The notes under the pieces: model-generated
The model's database searches: none
What the model saw: the letters and a program-made list of their open reading frames with translations, nothing else
What the model was told of the DNA's origin: nothing
Translations under genes and position numbers: made by a program
Source: Botryllus schlosseri
Lineage: Eukaryota
Direction: 5' to 3'
NCBI GenBank assembly: GCA_051294905.1
Contig: CM119372.1
Location: 22,446,001 to 22,510,000 of the forward strand
Length of the DNA stretch: 64,000 nt
In this document: positions 38,501 to 52,740 of the stretch, one piece after another
Layout of the letters: every line of letters begins with the position of its first letter
Numbering within the stretch: position 1 is the stretch's first letter

Positions 38501-41500
38501 GCGGTATTATCCGGCATATTTCTTACAAATGTTGAGATTTTTTGTACGAAATTTCATCATCACATTATCCCTCAAGATAGCAAAAGACGATTATATGTGC
38601 AATTGTTCATAGGTCCATTATGAGCACCCGACAGTGGTGTTGTGGTTTCACTCTAGTCACCATCAGCAAGAAAAAGGCTTCATTTGCGTCCAATTCCGAG
38701 AATGCAAAAAATGCACACTCAATTTAGAGTTTTACGGAAAATGGACCAAAATGAAGTTATTCACAGCACTGAAACCGCCATAGTGAGAAACCGGTATTTG
38801 CAGGCTACATGGAGAATATAATTGTTACACAAAAATAGAATTCAAATATCTGTGGACGCACTTCCAATTTCGCTTATGACTTAACAGAACCTGCATACGT
38901 AGAAGCCAGAATCGCGATATAATAGTAATGAGCCAACTTCAATATATCTCTCGTATTCTTCATCGCATACAGATGAGGTATATCGTCCTTGAAACTACTC
39001 TTTTCGCAGTTTATATTACCATATGTAACCAGCCATATACTTGATTTAGGTGATTCCATTGTTCGCTAATAAACGTGTTAGGGCGATTTTTTTTGACATG
39101 TCAAAAAAAGTCAAAATTAGGTCAAAATTGTAGCGTTAGGTCAAAATTTGTCAAAATTGTTTACAAAGTCAAACATGTTTTGACCTCTGCATTTCGTTTG
39201 TATCGTAGATATTGCGCTGTCAAAAATTTGACGTCTGCATTTTGTTTGTATCGTAGATTTATCACTGTCGGTGAATTTATCATTTGATATTTTACAGCTT
39301 GTAGCCTACTTTATAGGCCTACCGTTGTAAACGGCCCATCGGCTGCTCATTGTGAATCATAAACGGTCAAATGAAACAAATAGTGACATGGTTTTATCGT
39401 CAACGTAACGCAATATCCTCACTGAAGCAATACTGCTTGGACATTGCATGGTTCTTATATCAAGAAGCGCAAGCTGAAAAATTGTGATATAGACAACATT
39501 GTCAGAATGAAGCAACACGGTGTGTCACCAGCAGTGTGCACACAACTTCAGTGTTGTCAGTCAACAACTGCTGCTGTTGAACGTTCTTTCTCCATTCTGG
39601 GCAAGATACTTAGTAAGGACAGACACATTCTACCCGAGAATGTAGGAAAGCATCTTTCGTTGTACTACAACAAATTTCAATTATTTCCACCATAATACGT
39701 AATGTAACTACTGGAATTCTTCATAGGGCCAGATTTCGTTAAAATACTAGTTTTTTCATGTAAAAATTTGTCAGTTTTTGAGCCAAAAACGTTTTTTCAG
39801 GCCAATCTACTTTGTAAGGACAGACAGTTCCAACCAGAAATGAAGATAAGAAGTATAATTTTAACATTATGTGCGTAAATGAAAATTTAGATTTTTTAGG
39901 TCAAAATCTTCCGTTTTTTTGGTATAAAAATCGCCTTAGTTATAATGTAATATATAATTGTGTAGGCCTAATAATTTAGTATTCAAGCAAAAAACAAGGG
40001 TATGGAATTTCAATCATTTGAATGGTCCGGCCCGCGAGCCATAAGAGGGTTTGAATCCGGCACGCGACACAATTCGAGTTTGACACCCCTGCAGTACAGT
40101 GTGTAATGAGAAAATTAGTACGATGCATCTCTGTATTAGTGGCTGAATCATACACAAGAGCAACACTTCGATTGTTTTATCTACATTTTAATTATACAGA
40201 AAGGGATGCATGTCATGTTCGAATTATTCATACATATTAGGTTATTAGAGAGTCCATGTTACGAAAACTGATGAAATATGAAAAAATGAAGGAAATTTAG
40301 AAAGGCAATACTTCATGCATAGTGAATAATTCGAGCTGTGCCACAATGAAACAATTTTGCATGCCATTGTTATTCATATGTTTGCATATGTTTAATGGTT
40401 ATATGATAGTCAGCACCGTAACTGCCGCACCCCAAACCACCCAATTGGGGGGGGGCGAGCTCGAAGGAGGCCCAAAATTATTTCGTGAATTAGCATAAAT
40501 CATAGAGTATTTTTTGAAAATTTATGCAATTTTTTCAAAATTCAAGCTGCTATTTATCTTTATCATTGGCTATTGGGCCATTACCGCGCCACGACTCACC
40601 AAGAAATACAATCAAGTTTTAGGCCATATAACATGCGACTCCAAGACAGTGTTGGGATCAAGTCACTACCTTCGAGTCATCTCGAGTCATTGCAGATTTT
40701 TACACGAGTCAAGTCAAGTCACTCGATTTTCTCGTGACTCGAGTCAAGTCAAGTCACCCGATTTTTGGAGGTGACTCGAGTCAAGTCGAGTCAATTCAAG
40801 TCACGAGTCAAGTCACTAGTCGAGTCAAGTTGAATTTTCAAAGTACGATGTATGATTCAAGGTCATTGCATTTTGCTAACTGTTTTGAATACAGATGGAG
40901 TCCCCATTTATTCTGAATCAAGGAACGAATAAAGAGTTGATTATGCACGCAAGATGGCGCTCTATCGCTCATGCATACGTAGAACTGCCAAACTGCGCAA
41001 GTACAGCGGTATAGCTTCAGTCTATAATAGGGGCGAGAAAACTGCGACTCGCGAGACGCATGCTGCTATTTGAGTCTTTGATTGCGGCTCTACAATGAGT
41101 GTGCAATGTGCATTCAGTGATAATGAACGTAAGCCACTGTGCGGTGCCTTTTCCGTCAAGATTCGCCCAATAATCACAAAGCTAGAATTGAAACGTCATT
41201 ACGAAACCAAACACCAATTTACCCAAAGTATTATGATTAATGAGCTCCGCACTATCAGTCCGATTTCAAACACCTTGAAGCCTAGATGGAGATGCAGCGT
41301 CTTATACCACACAATAATAAACTTCTTTCGATACCCTACCGGTGTTGGGATGACTCGAGTCACCTTTTTCGTATGACTTGACTTGACTCGAGTCACTTTG
41401 CTAAAATGACTTGACTTGACTTGACTCGGCGTATCAGAAATGCGGATTGACTCGTGACTCGGAGCAAAATTCACGAGTCAATTTCAAGTCATCAAGCAAT

Positions 41501-44500
41501 CGATGTCGATGAAATCACTCTATCCTGCTGGTGTAACCTGTGAAAGCGACCAATCATTCAATGATCGGGCGTTTTACTGAACCTCCATTGTTCTCTCACA
41601 AATAAATTGACCACAAATGAAGTGATCGCAGCATACAGCTTACGCAAAATGGATATTTCTCTTCTCAGTTCTTATACATTAACCAAACCTCTTGTTTTAT
41701 TGAAATTGAATTCGAATATAGTTCATATAGTCCTCAACCATTGGCGCACGCTCGAATATGGTCATATCAATTTGTTAATTAGTAATGCATTGCATCTTTT
41801 TAATTCGCTTCTCTATATTCTCTATTTTGGCTGGTAACTAAACTGAGGCTATGTAATTACTTACGTAGTTTAGCATTTCTAGGTATATGTGAGCGATACA
41901 GCGTCTTCTTGCTTGTATATTTGACTCTATATTCGTTCATCGGTTCAGAATCAATAACCACGCAATATGTATTTCAGACAGCTAGCAGTATACAATGACG
42001 TAAGCATGCCTCATACGCCGAAAAGGCCACTTGACTTGAATTGTGACTTGACTCGTGACTTGACTTGACTTGACTCGACTTGACTCGAGTCACCTCCAAA
42101 AATCAAGTGACTTGACTTGACTCGAGTCACCTTCGAAAATCGATTGACTTGACTTGGTTCGAGTCAAAATCTGCAATGACTCGAAATGACTCGTGACTCG
42201 AAGGTAGTGACTTGACCCCAACACTGCACCCTACATTTCATTATGACGAATTAAATTAGTATATATAAATTTTTGTGTTGATACTCTTTTAAGGCAATGA
42301 TCTTTGATATGCGGCTGGTGCGTGAAGCAGCTCTGCCCAGTGCCCACCCCTGATCTATAATTATCAGCCGAAATATAGGATAGCATATGAAGTATCAGAA
42401 AATTCAATAAAATGATATGGAGCAATACCCTACCCACATTTATATTCATGATATACAATTATAAACGTATGAATGATATTCGTTCGATTTAAAGCACGCA
42501 AGAGGGCTGGTTGAGGTGAGCAAGTTTACGACAACGTAAGCTAGAAGCTCCAATATCTGCGTCAACGATCAATTAATTAGTGATGTAACAATGGATACTA
42601 GGTAAAACTCGCACAATCATTGATGGATCGGTTAACAATCCGAACTCATACAAGATATGGCGATTTAGTCGACATCGATTACTTGATGACATGAAATTGA
42701 CTCGTAAATTTTGATTCGAGTCACGAGTCAATCTGCATTTTTGAAGCGTCGAGTCAAGTCAAGTCAAGTCATTTTTACAAAGTGACTCGAGTCAAGTCAA
42801 GTCATACGAAGAAAGTTACTCGAGTCCGACTCGAGTCAAGTCATGACTCCAGTCATCCCAACACTGCTCCAAGAAGTGTCCCAGAACGATCGGCAGCGAG
42901 AAAACCTTGACCGAAAAGGTCTGTGCCCTTATGCTGACCGAAGACTTCGTTATATATACAAAATACATATAGGTTTAATTGTCCATAGGCGCCTACATGA
43001 CTGGCGCCGAATGTTCCTGTCTTTGCAATCTGAACCTCACAAGACAAATACCATCCCGCTGGGAAAAATTTTATGCCAGTGAAGAAATACCAATTTGAAA
43101 TCGCGTGCGTCTCTTAGTTTAGAAGCCTACGTTTGGGCGATTCTATATTTTTGGATATAGCAGACTGGAAGTCACGAAATAACATCATGTAACAAAGTCA
43201 TATCAACGTGTCCGCCCTCCCGAATATGTTTAGTTATTATTTACGGGCCCTCCCGTTTTCAAGACACTTCACTCAGCTCTACCGGTAAATCTAGTTACGT
43301 GAGTAGAGAGGACATTAAATTGATAGCATAATATATATGCAATCGCCGATCTGATTGACCAATTTTATCATAAATTATCGAAAATTTTCGCGCTTCGCGA
43401 GTACAGATGATTTCGCGACAAACACGAACAAGGTGATGGGAGGCCGTTTTATCACCCTATGGGAGCCCATGATCCATGTTCTTGGGGGCCTGACGAGGTA
43501 CTGTTTCGTTCCAGCCAACGGGTATACGCCCGAAAATGTTTAATTATTATTGCGTGGTCCTACCTTTTCAAACACACCTCACTCAGCTCTACCGGCAAAT
43601 CTGATTACGTGAGCAGAGAGAAGATAAAAATTGATAACGATATATATGCAATTCCTGATCATACTGACCGATTCAATCATTAATTCCAGAAATTTTCCGC
43701 GCTTCGCGCGCTTAGGCCACAAAAGTTGATTCAACAAACAAACTCCCAACGAAAAGATATATAGCGGTAAACAGGGAATCGCCGGAGGGGGGCCTTGGGG
43801 GCGAAGCCCCCCAGAAGTTCAGCCTATAACCCTCTGGGGGGCCCATGACCAAAGTTTTTTTTTTGGGGGGGGGGGCCTGACGAAGTGCTGTTACGGCCCT
43901 GCTGATAGTCATTTAACCGTCACTGTAATCGTCGGGATTGGAGTCGGAGTCGGAGTCGGTATTTTTAAAGACTCAGGAGTCGGAGTCCGAGTCGGCCCAT
44001 TGAAAATATGTGGAGTCGAAGTGGGAGTTGGAGTCGGTGCTAAAATTAACCGACTCCACAGTCCTGCATTTAACCATTAGCATTTCACCCCGCAGTTTGA
44101 ACTCTGAAATTCAGGACATATCCGAGAAAATCCGGACGTATGGCAACCGTAGGTTACGAGCCATTTCATCGCGACCCTGGACAGACACACACAGAAACAT
44201 TTCCCGTTAGGAACTAAGCTCGGTATTATGCAATTACCGAACAAGCCGGATATGCCAAATGAGCTATGGTAACTAAATTAATAGTTGAATAATTTTGCTT
44301 AATTATACTTTATATGCAATGTACATTAACGCATTTACGAAATATTTCATTTTTCATTTGTTACTCCGCCACTGCGATTTTGTAGTCTATATTGTAGAAT
44401 GTAGGCCAAGTATACTGTAAGCCTCATCCGACCGCCAGATGGAGCTACATCTTCGAGGAAATCATTGGAAGTTCCTTGCAACCGACATCATATCGACGTA

Positions 44501-45001
44501 CGCCTATTCTCTCGGTGCTAGCAAATCATATAGCATGACCGGTGTAATGTATGAGAATAGTTTTTATTTTCATTATCCGTTTAGCGGCATATAAACCTCA
44601 TTATACATGTTGGAATGACAAAATGGCAATTTAAACGCAAGCGACATCTATAGCAATTGGCCTATCATGGAGTCGAAGACGAGTTTTAAATATGGAAAAA
44701 CCCGGAATGGTCATCCAAATCAATTCCATTATGATCACAGAGCCATAAATAATATCACTACGCACATTGCATGTTTTCTTTAGGCTATTGATATCAGATA
44801 CTCACCAGGACGATCTGCTATCGATAATGAAATGGCTGCAGTTACGCAGATATTCGGTTGATCATTCGGGCACTCGGACTGCGATTCTTGCTTGCTGATG
44901 GAAACGTCATTTTGAAACACTGCGATACCTTCGTAGCACAAAAGTGCCTCCGTTGAAATTATGAAGAATATTGATATAATTACCAGCAATGAATTCTTCA
45001 T
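35555..45001 (-). CDS. GPI-anchored Ly6/uPAR (three-finger) domain protein, about 160 aa, 3 coding exons
   Basis: Exons 44806-45001, 35780-35906 and 35555-35714 join in compatible phases (1, 2); signal peptide then LLCY, 8 Cys, CDFSYCTTDGCN, hydrophobic C-terminus; alternative ATG at 45022. Confidence 0.82.
36341..36666. mobile_element. Palindromic MITE
   Basis: About 150-bp inverted arms (ctatgctggtgacgtca... / ...tgacgtcaccagcatag). Confidence 0.7.
38417..40091. mobile_element. hAT MITE (CAGGGGTGTCAAAC TIR) with a nested hAT deletion derivative at about 39079-39938
   Basis: Perfect TSD cagtacag; ggcccg subterminal repeats. Confidence 0.88.
39444..39695 (+). pseudogene. hAT transposase C-terminal dimerisation-domain fragment
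   Basis: TTAAVERSFSILGKILSKDR matches the hATC S-x-x-x-E-R-x-F-S motif. Confidence 0.8.
40411..43901 (-). mobile_element. hAT MITE family A (reverse), containing 40647-42866, which contains 41340-42226 (GACTCGA / GACTT family)
   Basis: TSDs atgatagt / ctgatagt; ctccaaga / ctccaaga; taccctac / caccctac. Confidence 0.88.
41095..41230 (+). pseudogene. Charlie/SPIN (Buster-type hAT) transposase N-terminal zinc-finger fragment
   Basis: KPLC...LKRHYETKH, typical of GTF2IRD2/SPIN-type hAT transposases. Confidence 0.6.
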
Positions 45002-48000
45002 TTTAGACTTACGAAGACGCATATATTGGATTATTTCGACCTAAGAATAGGAAAAGGAATGGCGTCACGTCGGAAAAATCACTACAATATTTTCATACTT
45101 TGATCCGCTTCATTCGGCTATTGCAGATTTTGAAGGACGGTAATCGAAGTATTAGATAGTTAAATATCCCTATGTCTTCCTGATCTCATTACATACATAA
45201 AAGGGAGTCCACAACTGAACAGCACCATCTTAGATCACAGTCCCAAAATGCTACATTCAAATAGAAGTGTCCTAAAAGTGGCAGGGAAACAGGCGGAAGA
45301 GCGAACCGCAAGATAGGTGCAGGCCGTACAGCGAGGTGTAACATTTCTCTCTGCCCTATAAAATTCTATGAGTACCGCTACAGGTCTGGGTTGGGAATCG
45401 TCGTCATCGTAATCGTCAGATTTTATATTATTAACCGCTCAAGACACATACAATGCGATACACGACACACAATGCGGTGTAACGAACAGATAGGAGATGC
45501 TGAAACAAGCAGCTACGGTCTCTTAATTCAATGAACGAAACCAAAATTGCAATACCTATCAATCTGACTAAACTAACCACACAAATCGGTGTGATCGTAT
45601 ACAGTTTGACGTGCACCGTACAGTGTACGTTGTGCAAGTACAGTACTTACATGAGCGTAGGTAGGGTTAACAGAAATTTATGGTTCATGGTATTATGATC
45701 TCACTTCGATCATCACGATGAAACTATTATGTTGTAGAAAACTGCAACTGACGACCTCAATTATTGTAGGCATTTCTACCTTATTGCATACGGTCGTATT
45801 ATAGGGCGGAGAGCATAAAGCTTATTCGCAAGAAAGCTATCGCTGGAGTAAAAACTGTTAGTCATGGCGCATAAATTTGGATAACAATTCGCGCGATCGT
45901 TGTCCCGAGTCGTCTGGTGAGACTTTTAATCCAGCGAAGTAGGTCGCCACGATAAACAGTTTTAAATCAGACTAGCGTTCTCCCGGACGAGCTAACTTCA
46001 TGATATCCGCCCGTGGAGTTTGGAATGAGACTTGTGACATCATATGTTCACGTTTGTGTTTACAGAGAACGTTTCATTAAAGTTCGTGTTGACACGAACC
46101 AGAACTCTTCAGGGCGTCACACCATATCTACCACGTATCCCTGCCAGTGGCTAGGAGGCCTATCTATTTTATATGCCGAGATACGCCAACAATTATGAAT
46201 TTGAGCCACAATGCGCAGTTCGCAAAATTGGCAATTTATGTGGTGTTCCTGGTGTCCTATTTCTATCTACGGAATTTGTGTGACTGTAACAACTGAGAAC
46301 AACCTAGTCTAGTCAATCTCCAAGAATAGCAATATTCCAACACCATCCTACCCCCGGGATCTACATTTTCTGTTAAATCCATTGTTACACACACGACTGG
46401 ATCACTTCATAACCAATGCTGGTGACGATAAATACTCTTACTGTCTGCCAACAAAAACTTATCGACGTGGATGTTATAGCTCTTTCAGATCACAACCTAT
46501 TCCATCTCATCGATTAGCATGATGTATAGATGAAACTGTGACTTTCGTGATAGCAAGGCGTGCAGCTATTGCTACAGGCTTGGCTCGGCGCCGTATTTGT
46601 CGACAGCTAATTGAAAATAGTACCATGTCGGATATGAATGAAATTATTGATACTGCTATATATCTACCAGATTGATTCCTCATTTTTGAAGCTTGGTTTG
46701 ATTTTGATTTTTTAGTTCGATTTTGATTTGTGTTGTGCAGTTGTTGTATCAAAAATTTCATAATTGTATTCTTGTATTCCAGAAATCCACAGGTCGACAT
46801 GGTCGCATGAACAATATTAGTTCATGGATAATGGATACGCATAATTTCGTAGGGACCATGTGATTGCGACAACTGCACACAGTACTGTGTTTTCAATCCC
46901 CTTGTCTACTGTGTAAAAACTGTGTTCTTACAAGTTTTAACTAGAGACCTCAACGGTTACTTGAAACCTTACTACTTCAGTTACAGTATCCAGTCAGATC
47001 ATTTGGAATAACATGCCCGTTGCAGTTCCAGAGCGAATGTTAAACGGATTTGAACATTCTTCGATGGACTATTGACAATTACCAATTATTTGGTCTGTGA
47101 TATGTGTTATTGGTACTACGGCGCTTTAGCTTGTTTTATGTCATGTGTCTACTGATCTGTTACTTTCTGTATTCTTATACTGTCCAATTATGTTCTGTAT
47201 ATCTTAACGCTGATGTCGTGCTCTATATAGACGGGATAGACTATATAGATGACTATCCGGTCGTGTATCGTGATTTTCCTCTTCATGCCGTTCATCAGAA
47301 AATATCGCCTTTTCGTGTTTTCCTGCAGAGACAAATTCTATTAACGATCTCGAATGGAATACAATTTCCATCATTTGCATATACAATCGGGAATTAATGG
47401 AACTAAATAAGTTTCGATTTTGGCAAGAGTTCAATTGGCGTCAGTGTGCGTTTTCCACTAACATCAGCGACGCATGCGTTGTTTTTATAGAGGCGGTATG
47501 TAGTATATCTGTCGTTTATTGGTAGGCCTACTCAAGTAGATTTTCATTTCTCTCACCATCAGTCGAGTTCCATCCTTGCCGCATGCGTTAGTGGCGTATG
47601 CAATATATTCGAATATTTAAAAAGATAAGTTAAGCATGACTTATAATGCGACATTCACGAATGCACGTGATAGTACTTTGGAATGCCGCGGTTTGTGTTT
47701 TCAGATACGCTACTTTTCTTCGGGTATTTGAAACAGGCATGACAGTTCTCTCAGTTGAAATCCAAGTGTAGTTGGTGCGAGAGTGTGATTCATGGTTAAT
47801 GATTCATCTATAATGTATAATTGCCTTATACGAATTGTTAATTTTTATTATTTCAGAGTTTGTGAAATTTTATAAAACACATTATGGATGTCTCATCGTC
47901 TCATACTCACATGCGATGTAGATTTTATGCTGTGCTTCCACTTTTATATACTTCAACGATATTTGAAATAAAATTTCTTTCGTTACTTTTTGAACTATGT

Positions 48001-48404
48001 CAGGTAAAAAAGAGCAATGGATACATATAGGTTCTAGCTTGTAGGTATACTTTACCAGTTTCATAGTAGCACCAATTGGACAATATCACCTATGTTTCAC
48101 GGTCATGAAATATCTACTTTACGAATACAGGTATTTGCTTCATCATATTGCCTTTCTACATTAGCAGCGAAGATATATTTTGCAGATATACAAGAGCCGA
48201 GAAATGACGCTGTGCCAAAGAACCTTTTCGTATACCATCCGTTTTCTACAGCTACAGCATTTGCACGAACTTGGAATCGATACCGATATTTGAACTATAG
48301 ATCGAAATTTTACGGAGTTGCAAGGGCTGAGTTGAAGTAGGAATATGAGGTGATAAAATCTGGTATTGGGATGTGATAATTTCAGCAAATATATACATAC
48401 AGGC

Positions 48405-49550
48405 AAACTTGGACAACTAGATAATTCTAGTTGTCTAACTTCCCTAAATTAGAACGAAATGCCAGTAATCTAATTCTAATCTAATTAGTTTGTGAAATGT
48501 TATATACTTCTCTTTGTCCGTGGCATTCTAGAGCGAGTTAAAAAGAATATCCCTCTCGCGTTGAGAAATCCTGTGCTAAGCCGCATCGCATTGCTTGCGG
48601 GAGAACTGTATGGTGCAGGGGTCGCCAACTCAAAACGGGTCGCGGCGCACTTTTCAAATTTCGTAGTGAATGCAATATCGAGACAAAATTGTCGACACAG
48701 TTGAGCAACCACGTTTTTGTTGTGGCATGGTTACCACAAAAGAAGAAATATTTTATTAATACAAGGAATATCCTGATCATAAACTTCACTTTATTTTGAA
48801 CTATGAGCTGCGCACGATACCTGGCAACGCTTTTCATTGACCAATGAATCGATATAGGGGCTAGTCAGACATGTTACTAGCTGAAAGACTATCTCATCCT
48901 AAAGATTGATCTTGTGGAGAAGCCCTACGCCGTTTTCTAAGCGTCTTGGTATCTTGACAGCGTCTGGGCAACATGCTCATTCATATCATCTGACTCTAAA
49001 TCGATGAAATGCTGTTCGTTTCGCCGGAACCCTTTCAGCTAATGAGGAATAATGTTGTTGGGCACGGGCGAATACCTTATTTTGAAAACATCAATTGAAA
49101 TTATTTGAAACCAAAATAAATTTCAGCATTTCAAAATTCTTTACTTTGCGTTCTCCCAAAATCAGAAATCAGATCGTGGGCCGCGAAATATGACCTCGTG
49201 GGCCTCTTGTTGGTTACCCCTGGAACAGTGCAAAACGAGCCAAACTTGGTGTACAGGCGTTAGCCATTCTCTTGCTTATAGGAATGCACTGCGATTTGAT
49301 ATGAACCGAACTTGATTTTTGCTGTGTTTCTTTGTCATTCACAATTCCATTCAATTTCCAAGGTTTTGCGAATTCTGTACTTCTATAATCTAATTTGGAA
49401 ATTGTGTAGCTTTAATTCTAATTCTTGTCTTGTTCGGGAAAAGTAGTGTAGCTCTACTTCTAATTCTAATCCAATTTAGATAATGTATAGCTCTAATTCT
49501 AATTCTAATCTAATTTGAAATAACTGAAAATCTTCTAGTTGTCCAACTCA
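48405..49550. mobile_element. MITE with CTAATT arrays, containing a CAGGGGTCGCCAAC hAT MITE at 48616-49222
   Basis: Inverted ends ttggacaactag / ctagttgtccaa; inner element collinear with 30245-30939. Confidence 0.7.
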
Positions 49551-51659
49551 GCATCAAGGAGATGAATAGGCCCATACCAAAGGAAATTGTAGGTTGACAT
49601 CCCCTCCATTTCGATTATAAGGTAAATTCATAAATTAATGACAGGCTATATTCGTCATGCCTGTTTCAACGTTATTATTACAATAATATATATTGCGATT
49701 TTTTAAATCATCTAACATACAATGTTACCATGGTTCTTCCCGACATTAGCAAAGCCGTCGGGCGATATCTCTAACTTGATGGCTTGGTGAGCTGTTTGTG
49801 ATTGCTCTACTTGGCTATTCAGGACCCTTTCTGGTAGTAAAGGCGGTCACACAGGACACATTCAGCGTCAATCGCGCGTTTATGCGTTAAACTTCGCCCG
49901 TTGGGTAATTGACATTCATATTCACACCAGACAACTCTCTCACCGCAAGGAATTTTTTCTCAAGTCATTTCGCAATAATAGTAAGACTATGTGCACTACG
50001 TAATTAAAAATTCAGGAACAATTGCGGCGAACCACTTTACATAAAATATTGCTATATTCCGGATAACTGTTTGTATTCAAACGGCAATATTCATTGTCAA
50101 CAATCCATATCATTATGACCGATCAATCAAACTAATATGTCGATATTACAACTACGATTACGATCAGCGCGTATGTAAATGCTCAAAATTGAACATTCAA
50201 TAGTGCAGTGCTTTTTGTGAAATTGTTTTACCATCATCGACCCCAGTCGGAGAGACCTTGGTGTAGTGTGCGGAATCTGATCCCCTCGTATCAATTCTAC
50301 GCGACGAAGCGGCGTCATAATCTCACTTATGCGTGGCGACATTCAAGATTCAGAATGAGATGAAGAAAAGAATCGTGTTAAGACTGTTAACCCAAATGTA
50401 ATGTTCCTCGGGCTATGTTCAGATTCTCCCAATAAATATATAACGCGGTCAATCCGCTTAATCTATCAATTTATTGTGGACGATGAATGAGAAATACGCA
50501 TGAGCCGAACACGTACGTTCGATATGTCATGTGCAACCGGTCACTTTATTAAATCAGATGTAAACTGATGCAATATTGCTGTCTGTTTACGAGTGTAGGA
50601 ATATTATGCTGCATATTTGTTTAACTTTTCACATATGGCAGCCGTCATACATGCAGCTTTTCTCTCCGACCATAAACAAACATACGCACGATTTCACCTG
50701 CGACGATCTCATATATATACTGGTCTGCGAAAATAAAAAAGACAATAACAAATGACCAATCCTATTTAAATCCTCCTTTCGTGTTCGAACATGCTTACCA
50801 TTGATATCAACATTTTAGACCGTGACACGTGAACAACTATATTGCCTTGTTCAAATAATTCAATACACAAAGCCGCACATTCTACAAAGAAGTCTTCGGT
50901 CAAAATGAAAATAATTTACAAGCACAACAGCACATAGCTGATGTGTGACGTCCTAACGAGGCAATCAAGTCTAAATAGATCAATGGGTCTTCAAATTCTA
51001 CTGCAAACTTCGACTCCATTATGCAAAAACAAAGCTTTGCAAACACATGGTGAGATTTGAGATGCTGTTAGCTAGATTGCGCCGTCCTGTCATAATTATG
51101 GACCTACTTCTACTTCTTCTATTTGATACTTGCTACCCTGACAATCTTGGGAAGGCGTAGCATCATCACGGGTTATCAATCCTTCGCAATACTATTCTAG
51201 ATGTCCGTCACTGTTGGTTGCCATAGGTATCAAATCGAATGTATGAAAAGACCCGCAAAATTAAATGCATCAAACGATATCTTGGGTATACCTCAAAACA
51301 GGCGACCGCACAAATCTTCGGCCGCTTCTCGTTTTGTACTAGTCGACCTTTATGCGATATTGGCGGTGTTCGACGTTAAGGACTATTTGGCGATTCCAAC
51401 CCAGGCCGCCGAATACCACTGCGTGCGGTAAGCTAACGCCTAATCCGACAACATTCATCGTTGGCGTGTCTGAAATATTACCGACCTTGTAAAACCGTGT
51501 CATCGAAGACCAGCACATAATCTATCTATCAGCTGGTACGCATATATAACTACAGCACTTCAACTATGGAATATGGAATTCCGTTCTAAGGCAAACAGGG
51601 TGTCTATCGGGCTACTATGTAAAGGCGTGAATTCAGATTAAAGTTTACGATGTTTGGTC

Positions 51660-52740
51660 GGTACTGATCGGATTTAATCCAACTTTCGCAATGTCATCTG
51701 AAGTATAATAGTCGTGAAATGGTACCGCTTTAATGTCGAACAATGTGCCCAAAAAGATGAAAGGGACGGTGCGTTAGGATAGAGGTTAGGTCGTCGACCG
51801 TTAAGTAACTGCCTGATTTTCGATTCACAACAAAAACACTGTTAATGCGATTTCATTACGTAGCAACGAATTCTAACAAGGAGAATGGAATTTTAACGCG
51901 CTGCACATTACATCAGACACTTTTTATTGGTAACGTTCAAAGAATCCGCATCAAGCTCATAATCAGAGTATAAGTCAATTTCTATTTGGATTTGTGGAAT
52001 CATCTTACCGCTGCCTTGCCATAAAGACTACACAATTTAGCGACCACGCTCATGTGTTGACAGTACGCACGAGCAATTTTAACAATCTTACGTTCCAGAT
52101 TCGTTTTTGTAATCAGGTGGCTACAGAGGATGACTGGCCAGTGGCCGCGATCGACGCGACTACGTACAAGTACATTTGAAGTTCTTCATTCAGTTAATTA
52201 CTGCTAGTCAAACACGACGGCAAACTTTATCGAGACACCTCTTTCAATTATCGCCCATGAGTTGTGTTTGTAAATGCTCGAAATGTATTCAAGACAACCA
52301 AGTGCGGCATGTCATGTAAAGCTTTTTGTCGGGTACTTTACACGCCGTACAAAACAGTCAACCCTCTGACACACGACGTTCATGGCGTCACATTATACAT
52401 CACCGTGGAGAAGTATCTGTTTTGTAGAGTTTCGTTGTGTTTGTTGTCATTCGTACAGATGAAGCGAATGAAATCACCACTTAAGTAGCTACGAGTTAAT
52501 TTCTGATCTTTTGGAATAAAAATCTTATTAAACTTTGCACATGCACTTCGGGTCATTCGAGAGAGTCATATGTTCGTCATTTGGGAATTTATGTAGCTTT
52601 TCGAAGCATGGGATGGTTTTCTGGGAATTACTAAGCTGTTCGGAAATCTTATTAGTAGAAAAACAAAAATCATTGCCTTTTCATTGTATAAACGAATATA
52701 AAAGTTTGTTACACATCGCACCGGGACTGACATAAAAGCA
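51660..52740 (-). pseudogene. Probable decayed OST-alpha paralogue, head-to-head with the intact gene
   Basis: Ordered fragments AFMSVPV...LYNEKAMIF, IFIPK, YFSTVMY...LTVLYG, TVPFIFLGTLFDIKAVPF parallel exons 2, 3, 4 and 7 of the plus-strand gene, with stops and frameshifts. Confidence 0.45.

Larger units (their letters stand above)
36898..44067. mobile_element. (GGAGTC)n hAT MITE split by about 6.5 kb of nested insertions, itself inside a TTCCGGAC-family element (about 36700-44150)
   Basis: GGAGTC arrays at 36900-37075 and 43940-44058; right end ccgactccacagtcctg; catttaac on both flanks. Confidence 0.7.

Noticed and set aside
44420..44504. Candidate middle exon of the Ly6 gene (GVRRYDVGCK)
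   Set aside because: Hits a stop without a good donor; exon 35780-35906 already joins in phase and completes the Cys set
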